From positions 5,162 to 69,161 of the forward strand of contig JAVKSQ010000004.1 in NCBI GenBank assembly GCA_039583615.1: DNA of 64,000 bases. Reading direction: 5' to 3'. Origin of the DNA: Acidimicrobiales bacterium (GTDB lineage Bacteria > Actinomycetota > Acidimicrobiia > Acidimicrobiales > QHCF01). Positions 26,558-37,465 of this stretch are shown piece by piece (position 1 is the stretch's first letter; each line of letters starts with the position of its first letter). The notes under the pieces are model-generated. The model ran no database searches. It saw only the letters and a program-made list of their open reading frames with translations, and was not told the origin of the DNA. The translations under genes were made by a program, and so were the position numbers.

Positions 26558-28920
26558 TCGAGCACCCGGCCTTCGACGTCGAGGCCTGGACCCTGCGGGA
26601 GAGCCGGCTCGACCTGGAGGTGCTGGCCCAGGCGGAGTCGGTGTTCGCCCTTTCCAACGGCCACGTCGGCTGGCGCGGCAACCTGGACGAGGGAGAGCCC
26701 CACGGCCTGCCCGGCTCTTACCTGAACGGAGTGCACGAGCTTCGTCCCCTTCCCTACGCCGAGGCGGGCTACGGGTACCCGGAGTCGGGCCAGACGGTCA
26801 TCAACGTCACCAACGGAAAGATCATCCGACTGCTGGTGGACGACGAGCCCTTCGACGTCCGCTACGGCGAGCTGGTCGACCACGAGCGAGTGCTGGACCT
26901 GCGCGCCGGCGTGCTGCGCAGACGGGCCGAGTGGATATCGCCAGCCGGCTGCGGGGTCCGGGTGTCGTCCACCCGGCTGGTCTCCTTCGTCCAGCGCTCG
27001 GTGGCTGCGATCGAGTACCGGGTGGAGCCGCTCGACGCGTCCGTCCGGGTGGTCATCCAGTCCGAGCTGGTGACCAACGAGCAGCTCCCTCCAGCCAGGG
27101 GCGACCCCAGGGTGTCAGCAGTGCTGGAGGAGCCGCTGCGGGCGGAGGACCACGGCTGGCATGACGCCAGGGCGGTGCTGGTCCACCGAACCCAGCGAAG
27201 CGGCCTGCGGGTGGGGGCGGCCATGGACCACGTGGTGGGAGGGCTGCCCTCGGTGGAGCTGACCGCCGAGAGCTTTGCCGACCTCGGTCGGGTGACGATG
27301 ACTGCCACCCTCGAGCCTGGCCAGGCCCTGCGCCTGGTCAAGTTCGTCAGCTACGGATGGTCGGCCCAGCGGTCCCTGCCGGCCGTGCGGGACCAGGTCA
27401 TCGCTGCTCTGACCGGGGCCGTCAATACCGGGTGGGAGACGATGCTGCACGAGCAGCGGGCCTATCTGGACGACTTCTGGGAGCGGGCCGACGTCGAGCT
27501 GGATGGTGATCCCCAGATCCAGCACGCGGTGCGCTTCGGGCTCTTCCACGTCTTGCAGGCGGGGGCCCGGGCCGAGGGGCGGGCCATCCCGGCCAAGGGC
27601 CTGACCGGCCCTGGCTATGACGGACATGCCTTCTGGGACACCGAGACCTTCGTCCTGCCGGTGCTCACCTACACCGCCCCGGAGGCAGTCGCTGACGCCT
27701 TGAGGTGGCGGCACAGCACGCTGGCGCTGGCGCGGGCCCGGGCTCGCCAGCTGGGCCTGGAGGGGGCGTCGTTCCCCTGGCGCACCATCACCGGGGCCGA
27801 GTGCTCGAGCTACTGGCCGGCTGGCACCGCCGCCTTCCACATCAACGCCGACATCGCCCACGCCGCCATCCGCTACGTCGAGGTCACCGGGGACGAGGCG
27901 TTCGAGCGCGCCGTGGGGCTCGAGCTGCTGGCCGAGACGGCCCGGCTGTGGCTGTCGGTGGGCCACTTCGACTCCCGGGGGGGCTGGCGGATAGACGGGG
28001 TGACCGGCCCCGACGAGTACAGCGCCGTCGCCGACAACAACGTCTACACCAACCTCATGGCCCGCCACAACCTGCGTGGCGCCGCCGACGCCGCCCGGCG
28101 CCACCCGGACCAGGCCCGCCAGCTGGGCATCGGCCCGGAGGAGCTGAGCGCCTGGCAAGCAGCCGCCGAGTCCATGGTGATCCCCTACGACGCCCGTCTC
28201 GGCGTCCATCCGCAGGCGGAGGCGTTCACCGAGCACCAGGTCTGGGACTTCTCCGCCACCGCACCCGAGCAGTACCCGCTCCTCCTGCACTTCCCCTACT
28301 TCGACCTCTACCGCAAGCAGGTGGTCAAGCAGGCGGACCTGGTGCTGGCCATGCACCTCTGCGGCGAGGCGTTCACCGCCGAGCAGAAGGCACGCAACTT
28401 CGCCTACTACGACCGCATCACGGTCCGGGACTCCTCGCTGTCGGCGTGCACCCAGGCGGCGATGGCCGCCGAGGTCGGCCACCTCGACCTTGCCCATGCC
28501 TACCTGGGCGAGGCCGCCTTCATGGACCTGGAGGACCTCGAGCACAACACCCGTGACGGCCTGCACGTGGCCTCCCTGGCCGGGGCCTGGATAGCTCTGG
28601 TGGCCGGGCTGGCGGGGATGCGGGAGAGAGCCGGCGCCCTCAGCTTCGCCCCCCGCCTTCCCGATGCGCTCACCCGGCTGACCTTCGCCGTGTGGTTCCG
28701 GGGCCGGCGCCTGCGCGTCGAGGTGACCCACGGCGCGGCTGCCTACTGGCTCCTGGCGGGGGCCCCGCTGGAGCTTCGCCACCACGGTCAGCCGCTGAGC
28801 GTCACCACCGCCCGCCGGTCGTCGGCCCCCATCCCACCCGCTCCGGACGTGGGCCCGGCGCCCGCCCAGCCACCCGGACGGGAGCCGACTCAGCGTCGAT
28901 CGGGGACGGCCGCCGGCTGA
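26554..28920 (+). CDS. glycoside hydrolase family 65 disaccharide phosphorylase (trehalose/maltose/kojibiose type)
   Basis: 788 aa. [11 protein letters not shown]…, [13 protein letters not shown], and a central (alpha/alpha)6 region pattern. Operonic with pgmB. Confidence 0.85.
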   Translation: MIEHPAFDVEAWTLRESRLDLEVLAQAESVFALSNGHVGWRGNLDEGEPHGLPGSYLNGVHELRPLPYAEAGYGYPESGQTVINVTNGKIIRLLVDDEPFDVRYGELVDHERVLDLRAGVLRRRAEWISPAGCGVRVSSTRLVSFVQRSVAAIEYRVEPLDASVRVVIQSELVTNEQLPPARGDPRVSAVLEEPLRAEDHGWHDARAVLVHRTQRSGLRVGAAMDHVVGGLPSVELTAESFADLGRVTMTATLEPGQALRLVKFVSYGWSAQRSLPAVRDQVIAALTGAVNTGWETMLHEQRAYLDDFWERADVELDGDPQIQHAVRFGLFHVLQAGARAEGRAIPAKGLTGPGYDGHAFWDTETFVLPVLTYTAPEAVADALRWRHSTLALARARARQLGLEGASFPWRTITGAECSSYWPAGTAAFHINADIAHAAIRYVEVTGDEAFERAVGLELLAETARLWLSVGHFDSRGGWRIDGVTGPDEYSAVADNNVYTNLMARHNLRGAADAARRHPDQARQLGIGPEELSAWQAAAESMVIPYDARLGVHPQAEAFTEHQVWDFSATAPEQYPLLLHFPYFDLYRKQVVKQADLVLAMHLCGEAFTAEQKARNFAYYDRITVRDSSLSACTQAAMAAEVGHLDLAHAYLGEAAFMDLEDLEHNTRDGLHVASLAGAWIALVAGLAGMRERAGALSFAPRLPDALTRLTFAVWFRGRRLRVEVTHGAAAYWLLAGAPLELRHHGQPLSVTTARRSSAPIPPAPDVGPAPAQPPGREPTQRRSGTAAG

Positions 28921-28996
28921 GGACCCGGAGACCTCGTCCACCGGGAGCGGATGGGGCACTCCGGCACGGGCCGGGAACAAGCGGGAGTGGACGGGG

Positions 28997-29019
28997 GTTG
29001 TGACAATCTCAGACTCAAC
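28997..29019. promoter_or_regulatory. imperfect inverted repeat GTTGTGAC-N7-GACTCAAC upstream of lon (HAIR-like right half ACTCAA)
   Basis: Read directly, 16 nt upstream of the lon ATG. Overlaps a possible extended -10 (TGTGACAAT). Confidence 0.3.
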
Positions 29020-29034
29020 TTTTCGAGGTGCCAC

Positions 29035-31431
29035 ATGCCTAACACCGACATCAAGACTGTGCTTCCCCTCCTGCCGCTGCCGGGAGCCGTGCTCCTGCCC
29101 GGCATGGTCATCTCCATGGCGGTCGACAGCGACGAGGCCAAGGTGGCGGTGGAAGCTGCCGGCCGGGCGGGCGGCCGCCTGGTCTGCGTCCCCCGGGTGG
29201 GCGGCGGGTTCGCCAGGGTTGGGGTGGTGGCCGGAGTGGAGGAGCTGTCCACCCTGCCCAACGGGGCCCGGGCGGTGGCGGTGCGGGCCTTGCATCGGGC
29301 CGTGGTGGGCGCCGGGGTGGCCGGGCCGGGTAAGGCCACCTGGGTGGAGGTCGACGAGGTCGAGGAGGTGGCCGTCCAGCGGGCCGGCGAGCAGGTCGGC
29401 GAGGAAGCCTCCCCCGGCGAGCTGGCCCGCCAGTACCGGGCGGTGGTCGAGTCGATCCTGGAAGCCAGGGGCGCCCGTCCCTGGACCGCCTCCCTGCGCA
29501 ACGTGACCGAGCCGGGGGCCCTGGCCGACACCGCGGGGTACCTGCCCGAGCTGTCCTTCGAGCGTCGGGTGCAGCTGCTGGAGACCATCGACCCGGTGGC
29601 GCGCCTGCGCCTGGCCCTGGGCTGGGCCCGGGACATCCTGGCCGAGGACAGCCTCAAGCAGCGCATCCGCACCGACGTGGAGGAGGGCATGGAGACGGCC
29701 CAGCGCCAGTTCCTGCTGCGCCAGCAGCTGGCTGCCATCCGCAAGGAGCTGGGGGAAGGTGACGACATCGGCCTGGTGGAGGAGTACCGGGCCAAGCTGG
29801 CCGAGACACCCCTGCCGGAGAAGGCCCGCCAGACCGCCAACCGGGAGATCGAGCGACTGGAGAAGATGAGCGAGGCCAGCCCTGAGCACGGCTGGGTGCG
29901 GACCTGGCTGGACACGTTGCTGGGCCTTCCCTGGGGGAAGCGGTCGCCCGAGACCGCCGACATCGCGGCGGCGCGGGCCACCCTGGACGCCGATCACAAC
30001 GGCCTGGACGACGTGAAGGAGCGCATCGTCGAGCACCTGGCCGTCCGCCAGCTGAGAGCCGCCCGCGGGCTCGGGCCGGCCGAGGAGCGCGGCGCCGGCG
30101 CGGTGCTGGCCCTGGTCGGGCCGCCCGGGGTGGGCAAGACTTCGCTGGGGGCCTCGGTGGCCGGCGCCCTCGGTCGGCCCTTCGTCCGCATGGCCCTGGG
30201 CGGGGTGCGCGACGAGGCCGAGATCCGGGGCCACCGGCGTACCTACGTGGGCGCCCTGCCCGGACGGGTGGTGAGGGCGATCGAGGAGGCCGGCACCATG
30301 AACCCGGTCATCTTGCTGGACGAGGTGGACAAGCTGGGCGCCGACTGGCGGGGGGACCCCTCGTCGGCCCTGCTGGAGGTGCTCGACCCGGCCCAGAACC
30401 ACACGTTCCGCGACCACTACCTCGACGTGGACCTGGACCTGTCCGACGTGGTCTTCCTGGCCACGGCCAACGTGGCCGACACCATCCCGCCGGCTCTCCT
30501 GGACCGCATGGACGTGGTGCGCCTGGATGGCTACACGGAGGACGAGAAGGTGGCCATCGCCACCGACCATCTCCTCCCCCGCCAAGTCGAGCGGGCCGGG
30601 CTGGACCCCAGCGAGGTGAGCATCGACGAGGCGGCCCTGCGGGCGCTGGCCGGCGAGTACACCCGTGAGGCGGGCGTGCGCGGCCTCGAGCGCCACCTGG
30701 CCCGCGTCCTGCGCAAGGTGGCCGCCTCCCTGGCCAGCGGGGCGGCCACCGCCCCGGTGAAGATCGGACCCGGGGACCTGGCTGGGCACCTGGGACGGCC
30801 CCACTTTGCCGACCGTCCTGACGAGCGTCCTGACGGCCCGGGGGCGGCTACCGGCCTGGCTGTCACCGGCGCGGGGGGCGACGTCTTGGTGGTGGAGGCG
30901 GCTGCCCTGCCGGCGGGGGTCGGCCCGTCCGGGGGAGGCGGCTGGGGCTCGGGCGCCCTGGTGCTCACCGGCCAGCTGGGCGAGGTGATGAAGGAGTCGG
31001 CTGAGATCGCCCTGTCCTGGGTGCGCTCCCACGCCGTGGTCCTGGGCCTCGATCCCGGAGGGGCGCTGTCCGGGCGCTTCCACCTCCACGTGCCGGCCGG
31101 GGCAGTTCCCAAGGACGGCCCGTCGGCCGGCGCGACCATGGTCACTGCCCTGGTGAGCCTGCTGAGGGACCAGCCGGTGCGGGCCGGGCTGGCCATGACC
31201 GGCGAGGTGAGCCTTCAGGGCCGGGTCCTTCCGGTGGGTGGCATCAAGCAGAAGGTGCTGGCCGCCCACCGGGCGGGCATGACCGACGTGGTCCTGCCGG
31301 GGGCCAACGGTCCCGACCTCGACGACGTTCCCCAGGCCGTGCGGGAGGGTCTGCATATCCACCTGGTGAGCCGCCTGGAGGAGGTGGTGGCGCTGGCCCT
31401 GGACGCTGACCAAGTTCAACCCAACGGGTGA
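29035..31431 (+). CDS. lon: ATP-dependent Lon protease
   Basis: LPLLPLPGAVLLPGM N-domain, Walker A GPPGVGKTSL, and catalytic PKDGPSAG. ATG 29035 is preferred over ORF-track 28951. Confidence 0.93.
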   Translation: MPNTDIKTVLPLLPLPGAVLLPGMVISMAVDSDEAKVAVEAAGRAGGRLVCVPRVGGGFARVGVVAGVEELSTLPNGARAVAVRALHRAVVGAGVAGPGKATWVEVDEVEEVAVQRAGEQVGEEASPGELARQYRAVVESILEARGARPWTASLRNVTEPGALADTAGYLPELSFERRVQLLETIDPVARLRLALGWARDILAEDSLKQRIRTDVEEGMETAQRQFLLRQQLAAIRKELGEGDDIGLVEEYRAKLAETPLPEKARQTANREIERLEKMSEASPEHGWVRTWLDTLLGLPWGKRSPETADIAAARATLDADHNGLDDVKERIVEHLAVRQLRAARGLGPAEERGAGAVLALVGPPGVGKTSLGASVAGALGRPFVRMALGGVRDEAEIRGHRRTYVGALPGRVVRAIEEAGTMNPVILLDEVDKLGADWRGDPSSALLEVLDPAQNHTFRDHYLDVDLDLSDVVFLATANVADTIPPALLDRMDVVRLDGYTEDEKVAIATDHLLPRQVERAGLDPSEVSIDEAALRALAGEYTREAGVRGLERHLARVLRKVAASLASGAATAPVKIGPGDLAGHLGRPHFADRPDERPDGPGAATGLAVTGAGGDVLVVEAAALPAGVGPSGGGGWGSGALVLTGQLGEVMKESAEIALSWVRSHAVVLGLDPGGALSGRFHLHVPAGAVPKDGPSAGATMVTALVSLLRDQPVRAGLAMTGEVSLQGRVLPVGGIKQKVLAAHRAGMTDVVLPGANGPDLDDVPQAVREGLHIHLVSRLEEVVALALDADQVQPNG

Positions 31432-31537
31432 TGCCAGCCGGATGGAGTTGCCAGTACGCTGTTGGTAGGCCCAAGCCAGCTGGCCGCCGAGGGGTGCAGA
31501 GGGCGCCCAGTCCGCGCAGTTACTGGAGAGGAGCTAG

Positions 31538-31915
31538 GTGAGCCTGCACTCCCTGAGGGCGTTCGAGATGACCATCCACATCCCCGCGGTCGGGTCTCCG
31601 GTCGTGACGCCCGGCGGGGAGGTCGACCAGGCGAACGCCACCAAGCTGGCCCGAAGCCTCGCTGCGCTGGCCGACGCCGGCTGGCCGACGGTCCTGGTGG
31701 ACCTGAGCGACACCGAGTTCCTCGACCTGTCGGGAGCCCGTGCCCTGGCCGACGCCCATGCCTACCTGGCCCGGCGGGGCGACGGCTCGTTGGTCCTGCG
31801 CTCACCGCCGAGCGCGGTGAGCAGGCTGCTGGCCTTCACCGGCCTGGATCGCCTGCTGGCGCCGGGGATGGACGGTAGGGTGCCGCCCGAGCTGAGGGAC
31901 CGGATCAGCGCCTAG
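31538..31915 (+). CDS. STAS-domain anti-sigma-factor antagonist-like protein
   Basis: VLVDLSDTEFLDLSGARAL…LVLRSPPSAVSRLLAFTGL is the SpoIIAA-like pattern. GTG start preceded by GGAGAGGAG. Confidence 0.7.
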   Translation: MSLHSLRAFEMTIHIPAVGSPVVTPGGEVDQANATKLARSLAALADAGWPTVLVDLSDTEFLDLSGARALADAHAYLARRGDGSLVLRSPPSAVSRLLAFTGLDRLLAPGMDGRVPPELRDRISA

Positions 31916-31941
31916 GCCCTCCGAGCTGGTGCGGGCCGCCC

Positions 31942-32832
31942 CTAGCTCAAGCAGCCGGACAGCAGCTCGTGCCCGGGCGGGCGATCCTCCCCGACCGGCC
32001 GGGACAGGTAGAAGCTCGAGTGATGCCAGCCGTCGGTCTCCCTCCCGGCGGGGTCGATGCCCTGGCTGTCCAGCTGGGCGAGCACGTAGTCGCGCTCACC
32101 CTCGTCGGCGAAGCGGCGTTGGCGAAAGCTCTTGGCGGTGGGCTGCTCGGTTACCAGCCCGTAGCCGGCCAGGACATCGGCCACCCGATCGTACGGGACC
32201 CAGCGCAGGACGAAGGCAGCGACCCAGCACTTGGCGGCCGAGCTGGCGTGGCGGAGCACGCGCTCGAAGGTACGCTCGGTTATGTAGCCGATCCCTCCGG
32301 TCACCGTGACCAGGTCGACGTCGGTCAGTTGGTCGGCCAGCGCCGCGCTGGGCTCGGCCGTCTCCAGGTTCTCGCTGCTGCTCGCCCAGTGCAGCCCGAC
32401 CCGTTGGGCGTAGGCCACGGCCCGGTCGGCGACGTCGATGCCCACCACCGGGGCAGGACGGGGGTGGCGATGCTCGCCATAGAAGGCTCGGTCTGCTTCG
32501 ACCAGCTCGTCCGTCGACAGCTCCGCCAGCTGGGGCGCCCGGTAGCGATCGTAGAGCCGGTCCAGGGTGAGATCATGGTTGAGCAGGGCGGCGTTGATGC
32601 CATAGGAGCAGCAAAGATCGAGCACCACCACCTCCTGGCGGCGGAGATGGCGCCGCCGCTGTTGCAACAGGCGGGCGAAGACCCGCTCACCGTGGGCTGG
32701 TGCCTGGTAGTCCAGCTCTCCTAGGGTCTGGAAGTACCCGCGCGGGTCGCTCTGGTTGTACAGGTGTCCGAACTGCGCCTTTCCGGCCTGGACGTGCGAG
32801 GAAGTCTCTGGCATGGCACCTTTCGTTGTCAT
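31942..32832 (-). CDS. class I SAM-dependent methyltransferase-like protein
   Basis: [14 protein letters not shown] motif-I-like and [11 protein letters not shown] motif-II-like. Confidence 0.6.
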   Translation of the reverse strand: MTTKGAMPETSSHVQAGKAQFGHLYNQSDPRGYFQTLGELDYQAPAHGERVFARLLQQRRRHLRRQEVVVLDLCCSYGINAALLNHDLTLDRLYDRYRAPQLAELSTDELVEADRAFYGEHRHPRPAPVVGIDVADRAVAYAQRVGLHWASSSENLETAEPSAALADQLTDVDLVTVTGGIGYITERTFERVLRHASSAAKCWVAAFVLRWVPYDRVADVLAGYGLVTEQPTAKSFRQRRFADEGERDYVLAQLDSQGIDPAGRETDGWHHSSFYLSRPVGEDRPPGHELLSGCLS

Positions 32833-33049
32833 GGATGGTCGCGGCCGCGCTGGTCAGCTGCCCCAGGCCCAGCCGGCAGCCTCGTCGACTCCTGGCTGCC
32901 CGCTCGGGCCGCCACCGCCGACGCCACCGCCGCAATCCATAATACTTGATTGCCATGGAATTCGGTCAGCCGGCGCCCCGGGAGGCCAGACTGGGCGCCC
33001 AGTCCTGGGAGCGCCGGGACGTGGCCCGGCACAAGGGGGGGAGAGATCC

Positions 33050-33697
33050 ATGTTCGCCAGCCACAAGATCCGCATGCCCGGCCAGCACGAGGCGCTGGCC
33101 GGCCGGGCGAAGGCAATGGCCGTCGCCGACCGGCATCTCGTGAACGGCCATCGCCTCACCCCACCGTTTCCCCCAGGAGCACAGCGGGCGGTGTTCGCCA
33201 TGGGCTGCTTCTGGGGGGCCGAGCGGCAGTTCTGGGCGGTCGAGGGAGTGTTCACCACCGCCGCCGGCTACGCCGGCGGCTTCACCCCCAACCCGAGCTA
33301 CGAGGAGGTGTGCAGCGGTCGCACCGGGCACGCGGAGGCGGTACTGGTGGTGTTCGAGCCCGACCGGGTCAGCTACGCCGCCCTGTTGGCGATCTTCTGG
33401 GAGGGTCACGACCCCACCCAGGGCATGCGCCAGGGAAACGACGTCGGGACCCAGTACCGCTCGGCCGTCTACACCACCACCGATGGCCAGGTGGAGGCGG
33501 CGCTGGCTTCCAGGGACGCCTATCAGGGTCGGCTGCAGGCGGCTGGCCACGGACGGATCACGACCGAGCTCCGCCCCCTGCCCCAGTTCTTCTACGCCGA
33601 GGACTACCACCAGCAGTACCTGGCCAAGAACCCTCACGGCTACTGCGGGTTGAGCGGCACGGGCGTAGCCTGCCCGGTCAGCCTGGACGCCGGCTGA
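33050..33697 (+). CDS. msrA: peptide-methionine (S)-S-oxide reductase
   Basis: [12 protein letters not shown] active site and [15 protein letters not shown] 33050 sits inside a longer ORF-track entry. Confidence 0.92.
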   Translation: MFASHKIRMPGQHEALAGRAKAMAVADRHLVNGHRLTPPFPPGAQRAVFAMGCFWGAERQFWAVEGVFTTAAGYAGGFTPNPSYEEVCSGRTGHAEAVLVVFEPDRVSYAALLAIFWEGHDPTQGMRQGNDVGTQYRSAVYTTTDGQVEAALASRDAYQGRLQAAGHGRITTELRPLPQFFYAEDYHQQYLAKNPHGYCGLSGTGVACPVSLDAG

Positions 33698-33699
33698 CG

Positions 33700-34815
33700 G
33701 TGCCGACGGTGAGTCGCCAAGCGGCGGTGGTGACGGCCGGGCTGGGTCTGCTGGCGTGCGGTTGCACGCACCAGCCAGTGTCCTCTCCAACGGCCGGGGC
33801 CCATGGGGCACCGGCAGCCATCACCACGTCAACCGCCCCGCCTCTGCCCACCGTCATCGCCCCCCTCACTGGCTTGGCCGTGCCGGTGTCGCCGGCGGAC
33901 AACCGGCCCGCCCTGTCAGTCAAGATCGGCAACCAGGCGGGGGCCATGCCTCAGTCAGGCCTGGACCGGGCCGACCTGGTCACCGAGGCGCTGGTGGAAG
34001 GCGGGCTCACCCGTCTCCTGGCCACCTTCCAGTCTGAGGACGCCCCCCGGGTGGGACCGATTCGCTCGGCCCGGCCGGTCGACGGGCCGCTCCTGCGGGA
34101 GCTCGGAGGCGGGATCTTCGCCTACTCCGGGGCGGCCGCCGGCGAGATCGCACCGGTGAAGGCCACCTCGACCGCCACCTTGCTCTCCTATGGCGCCGGG
34201 CTGGGGGTGTTCGAGCGCCTGACCGGTCGGGCAGCTCCTGACGACGTCGTCGCCTCCACCGCCGGGCTGGAGCAGGCGGGACTTCGAGCCGGTGCTCGCC
34301 GGGCCCCACCTCCGCAGCTGTTCACCTACGCAGCCTCCGGAGCCACGCCGGCCTCCGGGGCGGCGGTAGCGGCCGCCCCCGGGGCCGAGCCGGCCAGCCG
34401 GGTCTCGGTAGTGATGTCCCCCCAGTCGAGCGCGGCCTGGGCGTGGGACCGGGCCAGCCGTGCGTGGCAGAGGAACCAGGACGGGTCACCGGACGTGCTG
34501 GCGGGCGGGGCCCGGGTGACGGCCGCCAACGTGGTGGTGATGTCGGTGGCCATCGGCCACACCGGCATCTTCGACTCCCTGCATCACGAGGATCCTCTGG
34601 TCGAGGTGGTGGGCAGCGGGCCATGCTGGGTGCTGAGAGACGGCACGGTCATGGTCGGGACCTGGCAGAGGCCCTCTTTGGACACTTCGCTGAGGCTGGT
34701 CGACGCCTCGGGAGGGGTCATCCCCCTCGCCCCGGGGCGGACGTGGATCGAGCTGCAGCCCCGTCCCTATCGACCCAGCTTGGGACCTCCCGGTCCGGGT
34801 AGGACAAGCCCATGA
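33700..34815 (+). CDS. DUF3048-domain lipoprotein
   Basis: Signal/lipobox GLLACGC. PLTGL…RPALSVKIGN…PQSGLDRADLVTEALVEGGLTRLLATF…GPIRSARP. GTG 33700; the upstream part of the 621-aa ORF-track entry is antiphase to msrA and is rejected. Confidence 0.75.
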   Translation: MPTVSRQAAVVTAGLGLLACGCTHQPVSSPTAGAHGAPAAITTSTAPPLPTVIAPLTGLAVPVSPADNRPALSVKIGNQAGAMPQSGLDRADLVTEALVEGGLTRLLATFQSEDAPRVGPIRSARPVDGPLLRELGGGIFAYSGAAAGEIAPVKATSTATLLSYGAGLGVFERLTGRAAPDDVVASTAGLEQAGLRAGARRAPPPQLFTYAASGATPASGAAVAAAPGAEPASRVSVVMSPQSSAAWAWDRASRAWQRNQDGSPDVLAGGARVTAANVVVMSVAIGHTGIFDSLHHEDPLVEVVGSGPCWVLRDGTVMVGTWQRPSLDTSLRLVDASGGVIPLAPGRTWIELQPRPYRPSLGPPGPGRTSP

Positions 34816-35084
34816 CCGAGATAGTGGTCACGCCGGCAGCACCGGGGCAGTACGGGGTCGAGGTGAGAGAGGGCTCGCAGACCAGCCGCCACCAGGTGGA
34901 GGTTCCCGACGACTTCCTCGAGGGGCTGGGCCCGGGCACGGACCCGGTCAGGGTGGTCCGGGAGTCGTTCGCCTTCTTGTTGGAGCGAGAGCCGGCCAGC
35001 TCGATCCTGGGGCACTTCGCCCTGCCGGTCATCGCCAGCTACTTCCCCGAGTACCCCTCGGAGCTGGCCCGCCGGCTGGGCTGA
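34812..35084 (+). CDS. small conserved hypothetical protein
   Basis: 90-aa ORF. Its ATG overlaps the upstream stop (ATGA). Coding-like composition; no motif recognised. Confidence 0.5.
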   Translation: MTEIVVTPAAPGQYGVEVREGSQTSRHQVEVPDDFLEGLGPGTDPVRVVRESFAFLLEREPASSILGHFALPVIASYFPEYPSELARRLG

Positions 35085-35092
35085 GGGCGGAG

Positions 35093-35611
35093 ATGCGCCT
35101 GGTCATCCTGGGCGACACCCACATCCCCGGGCGGGCCGCCGAGCTGACCCCAGAGCTGTGGACCGCCATCGGTGACGCCGAGGTGGTGATGCACACCGGC
35201 GACTGGACCGAGCCCGCCCTGCTGGACGAGATGCAGCAACGCTGCCGCCAGCTGGTAGGCGTGTTGGGCAACAACGACGACCCAGGCCTGCGAGCCCGCC
35301 TGCCTGAGGTGGCGGCGGTCGAGCTGGAGGGCGTGCGCTTCGTCGTGGTGCACGAGACCGGGCCAGCAGCCGGTCGCCAGCAGCGGTGCCGGCGGAGGTA
35401 CCCCGACGCTCAGGTGGTGGTGTTCGGTCACAGCCACGTCCCTTGGGACTCCACCACCGTCGACGGCCTTCGCCTGCTCAACCCCGGCTCTCCCACTGAC
35501 CGGCGCCGCCAGCCGGTGTGCACCTTCATGGAGGTGGAGGTGGTCCAGGGACGAGTGGTCCGGGCCCAGCTGCACCCGCTGGCGTCCCCGCAGCTCCCGG
35601 CCACGGGCTAG
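35093..35611 (+). CDS. YfcE/MJ0936-family metallophosphoesterase
   Basis: ILGDTH, HTGD, GNND and FGHSH motifs in canonical order. Confidence 0.8.
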   Translation: MRLVILGDTHIPGRAAELTPELWTAIGDAEVVMHTGDWTEPALLDEMQQRCRQLVGVLGNNDDPGLRARLPEVAAVELEGVRFVVVHETGPAAGRQQRCRRRYPDAQVVVFGHSHVPWDSTTVDGLRLLNPGSPTDRRRQPVCTFMEVEVVQGRVVRAQLHPLASPQLPATG

Positions 35612-37359
35612 GACTGGTCGCCGGCAGTGGCGGGGACGGTCGCCGTCAGCTGGGCCTGGAGCAGGCGCCGCATCTGGTCGCAGTCCGGGACCGCGGTCGA
35701 CGTGGGTTGTGCCCCCCCGGCCGCCGCCAGGTCGGAGCCGGGATCCTCCGCCAGCGGCAGGTCGGGCACCTGCCAGGCCGACGACGCTGGTCGGATGACC
35801 TGCTCGGCTATCGACCACACGCTGGTGGCGGAAGGCGCCTGGCCGGCCAGCACGGTGGAGACCAGCCGGTGGTCGGCTCCGTTGCCCAGCAAGCCCCCGT
35901 GGAACGCAGGCACCACCGCGGTGGGGATCGACGCCGGGAAGGGACCTGGGGCGGCCACCGCGTCAGCCAACGGGAGGACCGCGAACTGGCGCACCCCTGG
36001 CAGCGGGCAGGAGAGGACCGTTCGAACCAAGGCGGCGTCGGCCACCAGCGAGCGAAGGAACGGCGCACCCGGGGACAGGCTTATGGGGGCCACGCCCTGC
36101 AGACCGGCGCTCAGGTCCGCCAGGCCGAGGCCCCCGGCCAGGCCCCACCCGGCGGTGCCCGTCGGCGGGTAGTAGACACGGGCCGGCTGCACCAGGGGGC
36201 TCAGCATGACGAGGGTCTTCACCGGTGCCCGAGGAGTCGCCTCCAGGTAGGTCTTGGCCACCAGTGCCCCCTCGCTCTCGGCCACGATGCTGATCGGTCC
36301 GCCGGCCCGGCGGCTGAGGGCATTGACCTGGGCGGCCATGAGGCGGTCGAGGCGGTCCAGGGACCGGTTGCTGTCGGCGCCCGTGTAGGGCAGCGGGTGA
36401 CCGCTGGGAGCGAGCCCGGCGTAGGAGAAGCGACGCTCGAGGTAGGGGCCGGGGAGCAGGGCTGGGCCCCCGCCGTCCCAGCTGTTGCCGAAACCGGTAG
36501 CCACCAGGACCGCGCCACCAGATGCGGACCGGCCGCCGCCATCGGCCACCGCAGCACGGGGGGCCCGCTTGGCGTGGGCCACCGTCGAGAAGCCGAGCAC
36601 GGCCCCGCCCACCGCCAGGGCGAGGAACAGGGCCAGGGCGGCTGGGGCGACCGGGCGGAAGGACCCTCGGAGCCCCCGGCACACCAGCGCCTTGGTCATG
36701 CCTCGCCAGGCCCAGGCGTTGAACCATCCGGCCAAGGCGGCCAATGGTATGGCCAGGGCCACCGGTGCCACCGAGATCACGCCGGCGCCGGCGCTCAGCG
36801 CGACAAAGGCCGACAGTACCCAGGCCAGGGCCTTGGGGGCAGGGGTCCGTCGCCACCAGCCGGCGGACACCGCCCCGGGGTGAACCAGCAGGGCGATGAT
36901 CAGGGCAGACGGGACGGCGGCGATGAACAGCCACGAGACCGAGATGACGGCCAGCCCGAAGAGCAGCACCGTCCACGGGGCCAGCAGGACGGCCGCCAGG
37001 GCGGTGAACACGGTGCTGCGCACGACCAGGCGGGCCAACGCCGGTCGGGGCCTGGTCTCAGGCCAGGCGGCGGCCACGGTGGCGGCGGTGAACATGGCGC
37101 GCCCGACGAGCAGGGCCAGCGCCTCCCCGGCAAACCCTGGCCAGGAGTTGTGGTACACGATGAGCCAGCGGAGGTCACAGAACACCCCGAACGGGGCCAG
37201 GGCGCTGGCCTGAGGAGCAAGCCCCATGGCCGATCGCGGACCGGCCAGGCTGAGCAACACCGCCTCCAGCACCGTTCCACCGACGCACAGGGCCACCAGC
37301 CAGGGCTTGCCCAGCAGGGCCCGCCCGGGCCGGAGAGCCCCCAGGCGACGCCAGGTCAT
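35608..37359 (-). CDS. polytopic membrane protein with C-terminal alpha/beta-hydrolase (lipase-like) domain
   Basis: The N-terminal ~300 aa has many hydrophobic segments. The C-terminal region has the GxSxG-like motif VAESEGALV and …LVMLSPL. Confidence 0.55.
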   Translation of the reverse strand: MTWRRLGALRPGRALLGKPWLVALCVGGTVLEAVLLSLAGPRSAMGLAPQASALAPFGVFCDLRWLIVYHNSWPGFAGEALALLVGRAMFTAATVAAAWPETRPRPALARLVVRSTVFTALAAVLLAPWTVLLFGLAVISVSWLFIAAVPSALIIALLVHPGAVSAGWWRRTPAPKALAWVLSAFVALSAGAGVISVAPVALAIPLAALAGWFNAWAWRGMTKALVCRGLRGSFRPVAPAALALFLALAVGGAVLGFSTVAHAKRAPRAAVADGGGRSASGGAVLVATGFGNSWDGGGPALLPGPYLERRFSYAGLAPSGHPLPYTGADSNRSLDRLDRLMAAQVNALSRRAGGPISIVAESEGALVAKTYLEATPRAPVKTLVMLSPLVQPARVYYPPTGTAGWGLAGGLGLADLSAGLQGVAPISLSPGAPFLRSLVADAALVRTVLSCPLPGVRQFAVLPLADAVAAPGPFPASIPTAVVPAFHGGLLGNGADHRLVSTVLAGQAPSATSVWSIAEQVIRPASSAWQVPDLPLAEDPGSDLAAAGGAQPTSTAVPDCDQMRRLLQAQLTATVPATAGDQS

Positions 37360-37465
37360 GGGGCGAGGTTAGGCGCCGGCAAGCCAGCGCGGCAGGCGGC
37401 ACCGGGCTCGGGGGCGGCCAGCGGTTAGCCCGACCCGCACCCGACCGGGGCTGCCGGCCGCCAGC

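Noticed and set aside
32833-33049. AT-richer patch (ccataatacttgattgccatggaattc) between the divergent methyltransferase and msrA genes, considered as a promoter or operator.
   Set aside because: It is plausibly a divergent promoter region. I could identify no repeat, palindrome or clear -35/-10 pair, so it is too weak to call.
32950-34815. 621-aa plus-strand ORF as a single gene.
   Set aside because: Its first ~250 codons run out of frame across msrA. The recognisable DUF3048 lipoprotein starts at GTG 33700, just after the msrA stop.
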